Origin: Candidatus Cloacimonadales bacterium
Lineage (GTDB): Bacteria; Cloacimonadota; Cloacimonadia; Cloacimonadales; JAIOQZ01
NCBI GenBank assembly: GCA_963674825.1
Contig: OY771587.1
Coordinates: 3,104,001 to 3,168,000 of the forward strand
DNA length: 64,000 nt
Direction: 5' to 3'
This document shows positions 25,017 to 35,103 of the stretch, piece by piece. How positions within the stretch are numbered: position 1 is the stretch's first letter; each line of letters starts with the position of its first letter. Below the pieces are notes generated by a model. It was not told the DNA's origin. It searched no databases and saw nothing but the letters and a program-made list of their open reading frames with translations. The position numbers and the translations under genes were made by a program.

Positions 25017-25949
25017 ATGGACAATTTCCGCGCGCACTTGAATAATGCCATCGATCGTTTATTGAAGGGAGTCGCGTCCGTGTTCGGAAAAATAAAAACA
25101 CTGTTTCAACCTCAGCCTCGATTTCAGCCAGTTCCATTCAGCCGGATTTTCAGCGAGCTGAAGAGCCTTTGCGTGCTTTTTCCCGAGGATATCAATCAAT
25201 GTCTGCGCAACGTTGGACACATCTCCCTACTTGCTGAGAAGATCGAGCATCTTACTTGTTTCCTGCCCGATTTCTCCTATCCCTTCTTCGCGACGATCCC
25301 GTATGGATCGAACGTAGTTATTGCGCCGCTCAGCGCGTTCAAAGCTTCCGAGGCAAACTCGATCCTGATCGACCTGACCGAAGGGGCAATTGGGGGTAAT
25401 CCCGGCGAACAGACGGTACACATCAGCCTCCGAGGTGTGTCGAACATTGAATTTGTGCCTGAACCACGGGAGGCTTCCGAGGTCTTCTCGCAGTTTTCGC
25501 AATTGATAGGCGTTCAGGGCGAAGCGAAGATGCCGCAGCCCAATATCAGGCCCGATTGCTTTGACAAAGCCCGTCAGATGCTGCTGCAAAACAGGTTTCC
25601 GAATATTATCATCCACGCTGGTGGACGAAAATCCAAGCGTGAGATCGATGAAATCGTCGGTTTTATGAAGCGTTTTTACTCCGCAAACGTTTATTTATTG
25701 GATAATGCATCCAAAACCGGGCTGGACTTCACCAATCTGGAATGTCCTGTGTTGGAGGATTTATTGGTCATGTACTGCTTTGTTTCCGCGGCTGATATGC
25801 TGATAACGGACTCCACGCCGATCTGGGAATTTCACCGAAATTGGTTCGACAACTGCCTTCATTGGCGTGACTGGAAAGAGCGCAAAGGGAGACCGCAGGA
25901 CATGGAATCGTTCCTCAAAAGCCATTTTAAGATCAATCCGAGAGGTTAA
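25017..25949 (+). CDS. Hypothetical protein with weak GT9 glycosyltransferase-like C-terminal half
   Basis: IIIHAGG and ADMLITDST resemble degenerate GT9 motifs. Confidence 0.55.
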   Translation: MDNFRAHLNNAIDRLLKGVASVFGKIKTLFQPQPRFQPVPFSRIFSELKSLCVLFPEDINQCLRNVGHISLLAEKIEHLTCFLPDFSYPFFATIPYGSNVVIAPLSAFKASEANSILIDLTEGAIGGNPGEQTVHISLRGVSNIEFVPEPREASEVFSQFSQLIGVQGEAKMPQPNIRPDCFDKARQMLLQNRFPNIIIHAGGRKSKREIDEIVGFMKRFYSANVYLLDNASKTGLDFTNLECPVLEDLLVMYCFVSAADMLITDSTPIWEFHRNWFDNCLHWRDWKERKGRPQDMESFLKSHFKINPRG

Positions 25950-25950
25950 T

Positions 25951-28842
25951 ATGCAAATGAAACGCGTGCTATCGATTTTGATACTCATGCTGCTGATGAC
26001 GACAATGCTTTTCGCCATCGAATCCGAGGACTTGCAATATATCGTCAAACTATATGCGAACGGAGAATACCGCATTGCGCGGCTCGAGATCGATAAGTTT
26101 TTGAAAAACTACCCCGACAGCCGCTTCATCCCTGATGTCACCTATCTAAAAGCGGATATTTTGCTCCGCAACGAGGAATACGCCGCCGCCCAGCAGCTCT
26201 TCCAAACGCTCTACGAAGCGAACAGCAAGCCGGCATTCCGTGCCGAAGTGATTCTTGGACTGGCGCAAAGCTGCTTCTTTCAAAAAGAATACAAGACAGC
26301 GAAAGACCTCTTCCAGCGCTTCAACAGCCAGTTCCCGAATCATGAGCTCAACTGGCGCGCGTACTATTTCCAGGGACGAATTGCCTATATCCAGGATGCC
26401 TATCGGGATTCATCGGAACTCTTCGAAAATGCACTTCGCTATAAGGACGATGCGCAAATCTATCCTGCGTTGATCCGGAGTCTACTCAAGACCGGCAAGG
26501 TGAAAGAAGCGGAAGAAAAGCTGATGATCATCCACAACATGCGTGGTGCGGATAGCTGGTGGGAGCAATCGGCGGTCTTCTATATGCAATACCTCGTGGA
26601 TGCCGGAAACTACTCGCGAGCAATCGAATATGGTAACAATCTCATCGCACCACAATCGCAGTACTATGCCGACTATGCGCAACTGATGGCGACAGCCTGC
26701 TTCGAGACGGGCGACTACGCCAGAGCGCTGGAATATCTGCAATCCATAAAAGATCCCGACGAGACTGCACAATATTATCTTGCGATGGCGATGTTCAACC
26801 TCGGAAACATTGCGGACGCCAAGCCTGTCTTCGTGTGGCTTTCAACCGATGCCAAGCAGAAAGACATCCGTGCGAACAGCCTTTTCTATCTGGCGAAGAT
26901 CGAAGGTGAAACCTCACTAGTCGCCTCGATTCGCATGCTGGAGTCGTTCATCAACGATTACCCCGACAACCGCTTTATCAGCGCAGCACGATATCAACTT
27001 GGCCTCAACTACTTCAAGCGAGATGAATACGAGCAGGCAAACCGCTTTCTGAAGCAATCCGTGACAAACGAGCTGGACAAGCTCTCCCGTGAAAAGGCGC
27101 GATTCATGGTTGCTGAAACCGATTTCCTGCTGAACCGTGCCGACGACGCTTTGACCGGTTTTTCGGATTATCTGAAATCCTATCCACAGGGAAAATTCCG
27201 CGATGAAGCGCTCTTCAAGTCGGGGCTGATCCGGTTCCAAAAACGCGAATTCCGTACAGCCAAAGCCGATTTCGAACGCCTCCTGGCCGATTACCCTGAA
27301 TCAGGTAAGGCTGGTATGGCAAATTTCTACCTTGGCGAAATCGCGCTCAATCTCGCGCAGGGCGATCAAGCGTTGTCATACTACAATGCTGCGTCTCAGA
27401 GTGACGCGGATCAAGCTCTTGTTTATGAACGCATTGCACGTATCTATTTCAAAGATAAACGCTACGATGAAGCGCTGGCTTCCCTGAACAAAATGCCGGA
27501 TGAAGCGGGATTTGCGTTCAGCAAATCACTGCTGGCCGGCGATATCCATTTCGCGAAGAAATCATACACCAACGCGCTGGAGCAATACAAGATTGCCAAC
27601 CAGGTTGCTGAAGGAGAGGCTGAGAAGGAACAGGCTCGCAGTCGTATGGCATGGACCTATTACCAGCTACGCGATTACGACAATGCAACCAGTCTTTACA
27701 ATGACCTCTCCGCATCAAGCGCAGACAGAAGCAAATTCCTGCTGCTGGCTGCAAAGGCGGCGTTCAGCGCTGACGATTTCCTTTCCGCTGCCGACTACTA
27801 CAAACAATATCTCCAGGGCGGAGCCACCGGAGATGAGAAATTTAAAGCCACGCTTGGGATCGCCGATTCCTACTACAACCTTGGCGATTACAAGCAGGCG
27901 ATACAATATTACAAGCAGTTGATCTATGCCAATGTGCCGCAGGCATGGTTCAAGAGCGCACTGGATGGCCTCAAATGGTGTGCTCGGCAATCGGATGAGA
28001 TCGATTTCGTCCGTGAGATCGATTCCATGCTTCAGCGCGAGGGCGGCGATTCCTTCAAAGGCAAGCTTCTGGAAGCGAAGGCAAACGCACTTACTGAGGA
28101 AGGGCGCTACGCTGAAGCGATTCAGACTTGTGAGACTATCATCAACCAATACTTCGGTTATATCGGTATCCCTGATGTCAGGTTGTTGCTGGCACGTTGC
28201 TACTCCGAGACAGGCCGTTATGCGGATGCGGAGAAGGTCTTCTCGACAATCAGCTCTTCAGGCGGGAAGTCGGAGAAACTGCTCTATGATTGGGCGCAGC
28301 TCAAGGAAAAGCAGAACGACAATATCGCCGCGATCATTAAATTGACTGAAGCGTCCCAGATATCGCACGATCCCAAAATCTGGCTTGATCTGCTTCGATT
28401 GCAAAAAACCGAAAATCACCCTGCGTTCATCCGCAGCTACGATGAATTCATGGGATTCAGCAAGGGACTTAACCGCGAGAAGGCCGAACTTATATGGGTT
28501 CAGTATCAGATTGGTAACGAAAGCACCGGCATGATCGAACCAGTAATCGAAAACCTGATCAAGAGCGAACACAAGGAGATCCGAGCCGCAGCGCAGTACT
28601 GGAAGGGCTATGTGCTCTACAATAAGGGTCAGTATGAAGAAGCAATCAGCGAACTTCTGCGGGTGCGTTTCCTGTACCCCGAAATCGAGGATGTGAAGAT
28701 CGAGGCTGAATATCTAGCCTGCTTTGCTTACATTGAGCTCCGAGAAGAAAACAAGGCTAAGGAGCGCTATGAGATGATCAAAGAGTACCTGACACCTGCT
28801 CAACGAGCTAAACTCGCACAAAAGCTGGGGGTGGCGGAATGA
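25951..28842 (+). CDS. Large exported TPR protein
   Basis: Signal peptide, many TPR repeats with F...YP.S motifs; SD GAGG before ATG 25951. Confidence 0.9.
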   Translation: MQMKRVLSILILMLLMTTMLFAIESEDLQYIVKLYANGEYRIARLEIDKFLKNYPDSRFIPDVTYLKADILLRNEEYAAAQQLFQTLYEANSKPAFRAEVILGLAQSCFFQKEYKTAKDLFQRFNSQFPNHELNWRAYYFQGRIAYIQDAYRDSSELFENALRYKDDAQIYPALIRSLLKTGKVKEAEEKLMIIHNMRGADSWWEQSAVFYMQYLVDAGNYSRAIEYGNNLIAPQSQYYADYAQLMATACFETGDYARALEYLQSIKDPDETAQYYLAMAMFNLGNIADAKPVFVWLSTDAKQKDIRANSLFYLAKIEGETSLVASIRMLESFINDYPDNRFISAARYQLGLNYFKRDEYEQANRFLKQSVTNELDKLSREKARFMVAETDFLLNRADDALTGFSDYLKSYPQGKFRDEALFKSGLIRFQKREFRTAKADFERLLADYPESGKAGMANFYLGEIALNLAQGDQALSYYNAASQSDADQALVYERIARIYFKDKRYDEALASLNKMPDEAGFAFSKSLLAGDIHFAKKSYTNALEQYKIANQVAEGEAEKEQARSRMAWTYYQLRDYDNATSLYNDLSASSADRSKFLLLAAKAAFSADDFLSAADYYKQYLQGGATGDEKFKATLGIADSYYNLGDYKQAIQYYKQLIYANVPQAWFKSALDGLKWCARQSDEIDFVREIDSMLQREGGDSFKGKLLEAKANALTEEGRYAEAIQTCETIINQYFGYIGIPDVRLLLARCYSETGRYADAEKVFSTISSSGGKSEKLLYDWAQLKEKQNDNIAAIIKLTEASQISHDPKIWLDLLRLQKTENHPAFIRSYDEFMGFSKGLNREKAELIWVQYQIGNESTGMIEPVIENLIKSEHKEIRAAAQYWKGYVLYNKGQYEEAISELLRVRFLYPEIEDVKIEAEYLACFAYIELREENKAKERYEMIKEYLTPAQRAKLAQKLGVAE

Positions 28843-30308
28843 TGCGCAGAATGATCCTTCTTGCTACGCTCGTTCTTCTCTTTGCCGGACTTCTGGCGCA
28901 ACAAGATATCCAGTTGCCGCAGGTCGTCATTACCGGCGAGACAGAGATCTTCTCGGACAGCACCTCAAAAAACACTGATCTTTCCAAATACTGGAGCCTC
29001 GAAAATCCATCATTAATGCGCTACGACTGGTATCCCGAATCGAGCGCTAATGATCCTGAACATGCTGACGAATCATCCAATGGCGTGATCCAAGGTAAGC
29101 TCGGCAATATGGATTACGGTAGCTTGCGCGTCGATTTTAGCCATCCCACCAACCATGTGCTGAACTTCAGCGGCGCGTTTCGAACTGTTAACTACGATGC
29201 CGGATGGGAACAGGCGACGAGTAATTTCCACTGGCAGCCGTCGTTCATGAACCACCACGCGGATGCCTATGTCGATTGGAGTAGTTACGACAGCCGCTTG
29301 CAGAATTACACTACCCAGAATACCGGCTTCGGCTTCTCGCCCTCTTCCAGCGAAATCAAGCAGGTTGGTCCGGTGCGGCTATCCAATCCTGATTTTTACA
29401 TAGAATACTACCTTCACAAGCAGGATTCCGAAGATAGTACTCTTCCCGAACGCGAGGTGAGTGACGTCAATGTGCGTTATCAGCGAGATATCGCCTACAT
29501 GGGTATAGACAGTCATCTCGATGTAGCCTACCTGAAAAATATGTTCACCGGAAGCATACGATTTCTGAAAAAGGATTTCCTGAGCTTTGATCAACTGGGC
29601 CTTTGGGTTGGTGGCGACGGTATGCACGTTTATCCATCGGTGTGGTTTCTCTGGCAACGGCAGTTGCTGTATCAGACCAATCTGAAAATCATGAACACAC
29701 CCTACACGGGCAACCTCACGCGAATACATCAGCTTGAGCAGAATCCCTATCAGAACATCGATATGCATCGTGAGCAGCCCAAAGCGCCGTTGAATCTGAC
29801 CACCGCCTTCGAGTTCGACACCATCTTTCCGATCACGATCTACGACCGTTTCACCTGGATCAAGGATTATCCCGTTTATGCCCACGCCGATAGCACGCTC
29901 TACGAACAGTTCCTCGATGATGTCATCTGGAACCGGATCGGCTTCGATGCCAGCTACACCTACCAGCGTTTCGACTTCGTGAACGAATTCAGCTATCACA
30001 TCGTGCAGAACGAAGACGGCGATCGCATCCCCTTCATGCCGGCAATTGACAACCTCTTCTCACTCACCTATCGTCAGGATGACTGGGATCTTACCTTACA
30101 AGCTCGTTACCTGAATGATCGCGAGAATGACGACGAAACCGCGATGGAGAATGTCCTGCTGACCAATATCCTGGGCAGTTGGCGTTTCCATAAGGATTTC
30201 GAGTTGAACGGCGGGATGTATAATCTTTTAGATGAAGACTATCGGCAATATCGAGAGTTACCAGCGCAGGGAACACGTTTCGAGGCAGGTGTGTGCTGGT
30301 ATTTCTAG
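28839..30308 (+). CDS. Outer-membrane beta-barrel (TonB-dependent-receptor-like C-terminus)
   Basis: Signal peptide, LPQVVITG, alternating aromatic strands, NLLDEDY...GTRFEAGVCWYF with terminal Phe. Confidence 0.75.
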   Translation: MMRRMILLATLVLLFAGLLAQQDIQLPQVVITGETEIFSDSTSKNTDLSKYWSLENPSLMRYDWYPESSANDPEHADESSNGVIQGKLGNMDYGSLRVDFSHPTNHVLNFSGAFRTVNYDAGWEQATSNFHWQPSFMNHHADAYVDWSSYDSRLQNYTTQNTGFGFSPSSSEIKQVGPVRLSNPDFYIEYYLHKQDSEDSTLPEREVSDVNVRYQRDIAYMGIDSHLDVAYLKNMFTGSIRFLKKDFLSFDQLGLWVGGDGMHVYPSVWFLWQRQLLYQTNLKIMNTPYTGNLTRIHQLEQNPYQNIDMHREQPKAPLNLTTAFEFDTIFPITIYDRFTWIKDYPVYAHADSTLYEQFLDDVIWNRIGFDASYTYQRFDFVNEFSYHIVQNEDGDRIPFMPAIDNLFSLTYRQDDWDLTLQARYLNDRENDDETAMENVLLTNILGSWRFHKDFELNGGMYNLLDEDYRQYRELPAQGTRFEAGVCWYF

Positions 30309-30380
30309 GCGCGTGAATTTTCTTGACACAAACTTAAGCGTTTTGAAGCTGATGTGGTTGATCGACCAATCAACCATCGG

Positions 30381-30456
30381 GCGGATGTAACTCAGTTGGT
30401 AGAGTACTAGCTTCCCAAGCTGGCTGTCGCGGGTTCGAGCCCCGTCATCCGCTCCA
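30381..30456 (+). tRNA. tRNA-Gly(CCC)
   Basis: GCGGATG/CATCCGC acceptor stem, anticodon loop TTCCCAA, discriminator T, CCA. Confidence 0.97.
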
Positions 30457-30496
30457 TTTTTTTATTCATCCACGATTTGTAGCTAAGGACATTATT

Positions 30497-31324
30497 GTGA
30501 AGAAAATTATAAAATTTTCTAAAATCCTTTTTGGCTTTCTGTTATCAATTCTGTGCGGTTCATTACTAGACCGTGTTTTTGTGAACAAAATCGAGATATC
30601 AATTGGTCTTTATCTATTTTTTATAGCTTTATTTTTTATGGGGATTTTCATCGTTGTTTTGTGGATTTATAATGATATCCAGAAATACTATCCCAAAACA
30701 AGCTATCGTCAATATACAGATATGGAAGATGGTTACCGCGCCGTAATGGAAAAAGTACGCAACGCAAGAGATAGTATTTATGTATACATTCCATATGTTG
30801 AACAAGATTCTCCTCCACCACATGATCTTCATGAGACACGTGGTAAGCTCATCCAAGAAATCGAGGATCGATTAGAAGTCGCCGTTAAGAAACAGAATGC
30901 TTTCGTCTATTCTAGGTATTTTGGTGTTGAGAATGAGAAGATAAACGAAACATTGGATTATAATCAGTTGAACGATTGCGATAATCGACAGATGGTTATG
31001 CATCTAGTTAGGTGTTATAAGATTTGTAGAGATAGTGCATTCGTCCGGTGTTCTTTTTTCAAGGTAAAGAATTTGGGATCTATTTCTACGATTACCATTG
31101 ATGATAAGTTCATGGGGCGTTATCATGTAAGGCCCAATGAGCACATCGAGAGATATGAAGCGATGGCGATAGAACTATCGGATAACGAAGATGATTTATT
31201 ACTTGTAGCGACGAGCATGCTGATGAAAACTCTTGGGGACTATCAGCATTCAAGAAAAATGACTCCTGAAGAGATTGAAAGATTTTGCTCCCAGATCTAT
31301 TCAGATAAAGATAACAATACCTAA
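30497..31324 (+). CDS. Islet cargo: two N-terminal TM helices plus soluble domain, possibly a degenerate PLD-like fold
   Basis: 275-aa AT-rich ORF; VRNARDSIYVYIPY and ITIDDK segments. Confidence 0.75.
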   Translation: MKKIIKFSKILFGFLLSILCGSLLDRVFVNKIEISIGLYLFFIALFFMGIFIVVLWIYNDIQKYYPKTSYRQYTDMEDGYRAVMEKVRNARDSIYVYIPYVEQDSPPPHDLHETRGKLIQEIEDRLEVAVKKQNAFVYSRYFGVENEKINETLDYNQLNDCDNRQMVMHLVRCYKICRDSAFVRCSFFKVKNLGSISTITIDDKFMGRYHVRPNEHIERYEAMAIELSDNEDDLLLVATSMLMKTLGDYQHSRKMTPEEIERFCSQIYSDKDNNT

Positions 31325-31397
31325 TCTCTTCTAGTGAGTTGCTTACTTTATGCGCTAAACAAAATTCTTCTTTGCCTGTATTGATATGGTAATTCTT

Positions 31398-31427
31398 GCG
31401 GGTTCGAGCCCCGTCATCCGCTCCATT
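31398..31427 (+). repeat. Duplicated tRNA-Gly 3' end (att-like site)
   Basis: Exact copy of T-arm, acceptor 3' strand, CCA and TT. Confidence 0.92.
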
Positions 31428-31482
31428 ATCCTATTTTCCAGCAATGCCTTGACATATCGTGAATCAATACGATAATGTCCAT

Positions 31483-32646
31483 ATGACTTGTTATAACGAT
31501 TTATTCGCAACCTCTTTCATTGAATTGAGCCACAGTGCGTTATCAAACAACATCTCCTGGATCAAGCATCTGATCGGGCCGAACGTAGAGCTCTGCTGCG
31601 TGGTCAAAGGTAACGCCTACGGACATGGTATTGAACAATTTGTGCCGCTCGCAGAGCAATGTGGCATTCACACATTTTCCGTATTCAGCGCGCACGAAGC
31701 GTGGCGCGTTTTGAATACCAGCTTCAATGATCCTCGCATTATTATCATGGGTAATTGCGAGAACGAGCAGATCGATTGGGCGATCGAGAATGGTGTAGAA
31801 TTCTATGTGTTCGACCATGAGCGCCTTGGATATGCGATCGAAGCTGGCAAGAAACTCAAGAAGCAGCCGCGTGTCCACGTTCAGGTTGAAACAGGCATGA
31901 ACCGCACCGGTTTTACCCGGCGGGATCTCTCGAAGGTTGCGCAGGCTATCCGCAGTGGTCAGGTACGCTTCGCGGGTTTATGTACGCATCTTGCAGGCGC
32001 GGAGTCAATCGCGAATTACGTTCGCATCAAAGATCAGTTCCGTCGTTACCGTCGTATCGAAAAGTGGTTTGAAACCCAGGGCCTTGTTCCCAACATACGG
32101 CATGTTGCGAGCAGCGCTGCGACAGTTATCCATCCCGATATGCGTTTGGATATGGTTCGGGTGGGAATCCTGCTTTATGGCCTCTGGCCCAGCCGGGAGA
32201 CGTATATCTATCACGTTCGCAATCGCAAATCGAAGGAAGATCCCTTACGGCGTGTCATAAGCTGGAAGAGTCGCATCATGAACACCAAGAAAGTCAAGAC
32301 AGGCGAATTCATAGGCTACGGGACGAGTTTCCTTGCGCAGGACGATCTGGAGATTGCCTCGGTGCCGGTTGGCTATGGACATGGCTTCTCGCGTTCTTTG
32401 TCAAACTCCGGGCGCGTGCTGGTCCACGGCCATCGGGTAAGCGTTGTTGGAGTGGTGAACATGAACATGATGATGATCAACGTTTCCGATATCGATCATG
32501 TTCGTAAGGGGGAGGAAGTGGTGCTCATCGGGCGTCAGGAGGATCTCGAAATCAGTATCGCGAGCTTTGGTGAATTCAGCGATCAAATGAACTACGAGCT
32601 CTTGACAAGGCTTCCGATGAACATCCCACGCATCGTGACGGATTAG
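31483..32646 (+). CDS. alr: Alanine racemase
   Basis: VVKGNAYGHG PLP-lysine motif, ETGMNRTG, VRVGILLYG, IGYG, PVGYGHG; start likely ATG 31483. Confidence 0.95.
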   Translation: MTCYNDLFATSFIELSHSALSNNISWIKHLIGPNVELCCVVKGNAYGHGIEQFVPLAEQCGIHTFSVFSAHEAWRVLNTSFNDPRIIIMGNCENEQIDWAIENGVEFYVFDHERLGYAIEAGKKLKKQPRVHVQVETGMNRTGFTRRDLSKVAQAIRSGQVRFAGLCTHLAGAESIANYVRIKDQFRRYRRIEKWFETQGLVPNIRHVASSAATVIHPDMRLDMVRVGILLYGLWPSRETYIYHVRNRKSKEDPLRRVISWKSRIMNTKKVKTGEFIGYGTSFLAQDDLEIASVPVGYGHGFSRSLSNSGRVLVHGHRVSVVGVVNMNMMMINVSDIDHVRKGEEVVLIGRQEDLEISIASFGEFSDQMNYELLTRLPMNIPRIVTD

Positions 32647-33218
32647 TTCTCGCTCCAGTTTTTTATTGAATCATACCGAAAACATGTCACAACATGGTCG
32701 TTCACCATCCCGACCGCCTGCATGAATGCGTAGCAAATTGTGCTGCCCACAAACTTGAATCCGCGTTTCTTCAGCGCTTTGCTCATAGCGTCGGATTCGG
32801 TAGTAGATGCGGGGATTTGTGATAGGCTGTCCCACGCGTTGTTGATGGGCTTTCCATTAACAAATGACCAGATGTAGGCGTCGAAGCTTCCGAATTCCTT
32901 CTGGATTTCCAGAAAAGCCTTTGCGTTGACGATCGCCGCGTTCACCTTGAGCTTGTTCCGTACGATTCCGGGATTCTGTAACAGCTCGTCGATTTTCTTC
33001 TGGTCGTACTGCGCGATTTTCGTGGCATCGAAGTTATCAAATGCGCTCCTGTAGCTCTCGCGTTTCTTCAGGATCGTAGTCCAGCTCAGTCCGGCCTGTG
33101 CTCCTTCCAGAATGAGCATCTCGAACAGCAGCCGATCGTCATGCACCGGGACACCCCATTCTTTGTCATGGTAGTCGATATTGAGCTGATCGTGATTGGC
33201 CCATGAACATCTTTCCAT
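32643..33218 (-). CDS. tag: DNA-3-methyladenine glycosylase I
   Basis: RCSW, YHDKEWG, LEGAQAGLSW, GFKFVG, NDHVVTC. Confidence 0.97.
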   Translation of the reverse strand: MERCSWANHDQLNIDYHDKEWGVPVHDDRLLFEMLILEGAQAGLSWTTILKKRESYRSAFDNFDATKIAQYDQKKIDELLQNPGIVRNKLKVNAAIVNAKAFLEIQKEFGSFDAYIWSFVNGKPINNAWDSLSQIPASTTESDAMSKALKKRGFKFVGSTICYAFMQAVGMVNDHVVTCFRYDSIKNWSEN

Positions 33219-33230
33219 TGTTACCTCCAT

Positions 33231-34745
33231 CTATCTTCTATTCTTGAACGGCCTTCGATCCTGCTTGCAGATAAGCTGAACAACATTGCGGCCCGATTTG
33301 AGCGCAGTGGGAAGACCACCTCCCGGCTCAACCCACTGACCGGTCATGAAGAAGTCCTTCAACCCCGGCAGTGTCTTGCGCATCATCATGCCCAGCGTCT
33401 TGGGCGTGACCCGCCATCCCATGTACGCACCGTGGTGATTTCCAGTGAATCGCTCGAAGGTGAGTGGCGTGGCCACGTCGGTCATTTCCACTTTCTTCGA
33501 TAATCCCGGAAATTTGCGTTCGAGTTGCTCCAGCACGTCCTTTGCAGCCTGCTTTTTTACTGCGTTGTATGTATGCGGATCGTCGTGCAGATCGTTCCAA
33601 TAATCCCAGTCGGATTCGATGATTACTTTCACGAAGGTCTTGCCGATGGGGGCAAGAGTAGGGTCGAAGGTGTATGCCAGAACTGTGAGCCAGTTAATGT
33701 CGCGTCCACCGATGGCGAGTGACCGGTTTGTTTCGAAGGTGTATCCCGCAACCGATTGAGGGAAGTCGTGCATGGGATCGTTGATTCCCAGAGATATTTG
33801 CATGATCGGCATGATGGTCGGCAGGTCATCGTAGTATGATTGGAGATTCTCGTCTACGAACTTTCCATCCAGCATTTCGAAAAGCGTTGCATAGCCGTCC
33901 GCGGCTGAAATCACGATGTCTGCTCGATGCTCGGTACCGTCACGTAATCGCACGCCGTATGCTCGCCCCTTCTCATGCAGTATCTTTTCTACCGGCTTCT
34001 CGTAGTGGATTGTTCCACCTGCATCCAGGAAGGTCTTTTCGATCGCTTCGGTGAAGGGCATAGAGCCGCCGACAGGATAACCGGCCATCTTCTCATGTAG
34101 CATCCCGAAGGTCATCAGGATGGGCAGCATGGGCAGTTCTGGATTGCTGCCGAACACATTCAGCATGGCCTCGCTGAACATCCGTCGCAAGAAGGGATTT
34201 TTTATTCGGCGCGAGAATTCGGTAATCGTGACGTCTTTCCATGCCCCGAAGGCCGGCATAAAGGGGATCATCCCGATCATCATCTTAGCGATATCGCCGA
34301 GATTCATGACTTCAGGTGCCTTGTCGACGGGCATCGGCATCTTCCCGAGTTTGTGCATGGCTTTGCCGATCTTTCGTATAAGTTCCTCGTCTTCCGGTGC
34401 GAGCTCGATGAAGTGTGTTGTCAGCCGTTCGATATCAGAGTACAACATCAACTTCTTTCCGTTCAGATCCTCAAAACTGGCATAGATATCGTGGTTTACG
34501 ATCGTGCGATCCTGGATCGCCCCGACTTCATCCCATAGTTTGTAGAAGTCATTTCCGGGTTTGGTGCTAACCAGCCAGTGGATGCAACTGTCCACCGTGT
34601 AGCCTTGCCGTTCCCAGGCTGTGCAGCAACCGCCGGGTTTGGTGTGTTGCTCGAAGATCGTTGCCTTATATCCTGAAAATTGGGCGTAGATCCCAGCGCT
34701 GAGCCCGGCAATCCCACCTCCGATGATTATCATGCTATTTCGCAT
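33231..34745 (-). CDS. NAD(P)/FAD-dependent oxidoreductase, phytoene dehydrogenase-like
   Basis: IIGGGIAGL Rossmann motif, PGGCCT, ATPLT, GQWVEPGGGLP; start reassigned to 34745. Confidence 0.9.
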   Translation of the reverse strand: MRNSMIIIGGGIAGLSAGIYAQFSGYKATIFEQHTKPGGCCTAWERQGYTVDSCIHWLVSTKPGNDFYKLWDEVGAIQDRTIVNHDIYASFEDLNGKKLMLYSDIERLTTHFIELAPEDEELIRKIGKAMHKLGKMPMPVDKAPEVMNLGDIAKMMIGMIPFMPAFGAWKDVTITEFSRRIKNPFLRRMFSEAMLNVFGSNPELPMLPILMTFGMLHEKMAGYPVGGSMPFTEAIEKTFLDAGGTIHYEKPVEKILHEKGRAYGVRLRDGTEHRADIVISAADGYATLFEMLDGKFVDENLQSYYDDLPTIMPIMQISLGINDPMHDFPQSVAGYTFETNRSLAIGGRDINWLTVLAYTFDPTLAPIGKTFVKVIIESDWDYWNDLHDDPHTYNAVKKQAAKDVLEQLERKFPGLSKKVEMTDVATPLTFERFTGNHHGAYMGWRVTPKTLGMMMRKTLPGLKDFFMTGQWVEPGGGLPTALKSGRNVVQLICKQDRRPFKNRR

Positions 34746-34880
34746 TGGCTGTCCTTTTCGTATTTGAACTGCTATTTTGTGAGAAACGATCACCAGCATG
34801 ACGATCAGAAACATTGCTGTCAATCGAGAAAGTTGTGAAGGTAGGATGCATGCTGAGTAAGAAGTGGATAAGCATATAAC

Positions 34881-34907
34881 AAAAAACCCCATCCGATTGG
34901 ATGGGGT
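34881..34907 (-). terminator. Rho-independent terminator of tRNA-Asn
   Basis: CCCCATCC/GGATGGGG hairpin followed by T-run on the minus strand. Confidence 0.8.
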
Positions 34908-34943
34908 CGATTTTATTCACTGCACCTAGTGCAGATTATTGTC

Positions 34944-35018
34944 TGGCTCCTGAGGAGGGATTTGAACCCCCGACCTGGTGGTTAACAGCCACTCGCTCTA
35001 CCACTGAGCTACTCAGGA
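34944..35018 (-). tRNA. tRNA-Asn(GTT)
   Basis: Reverse complement TCCTGAG...CTGTTAA...TTCAAAT...CTCAGGA-G-CCA. Confidence 0.97.
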
Positions 35019-35103
35019 ACGCGCTAGCAACTCGGCTAAGAAATAAAATGCGTGATTCTCTGTCAAACAATTTTTCGTGTTTTTTTTGAGAATCATGGTT
35101 ATC

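Larger units (their letters stand above)
30429..31427 (+). mobile_element. Minimal tRNA-Gly-integrated islet bounded by 30-bp direct repeats
   Basis: GCGGGTTCGAGCCCCGTCATCCGCTCCATT at 30429-30458 and 31398-31427; AT-rich interior with one ORF; no integrase. Confidence 0.8.

Noticed and set aside
32643..35018. Possible island downstream of tRNA-Asn
   Set aside because: No duplicated tRNA 3' end or integrase was seen; a normal terminator follows the tRNA.
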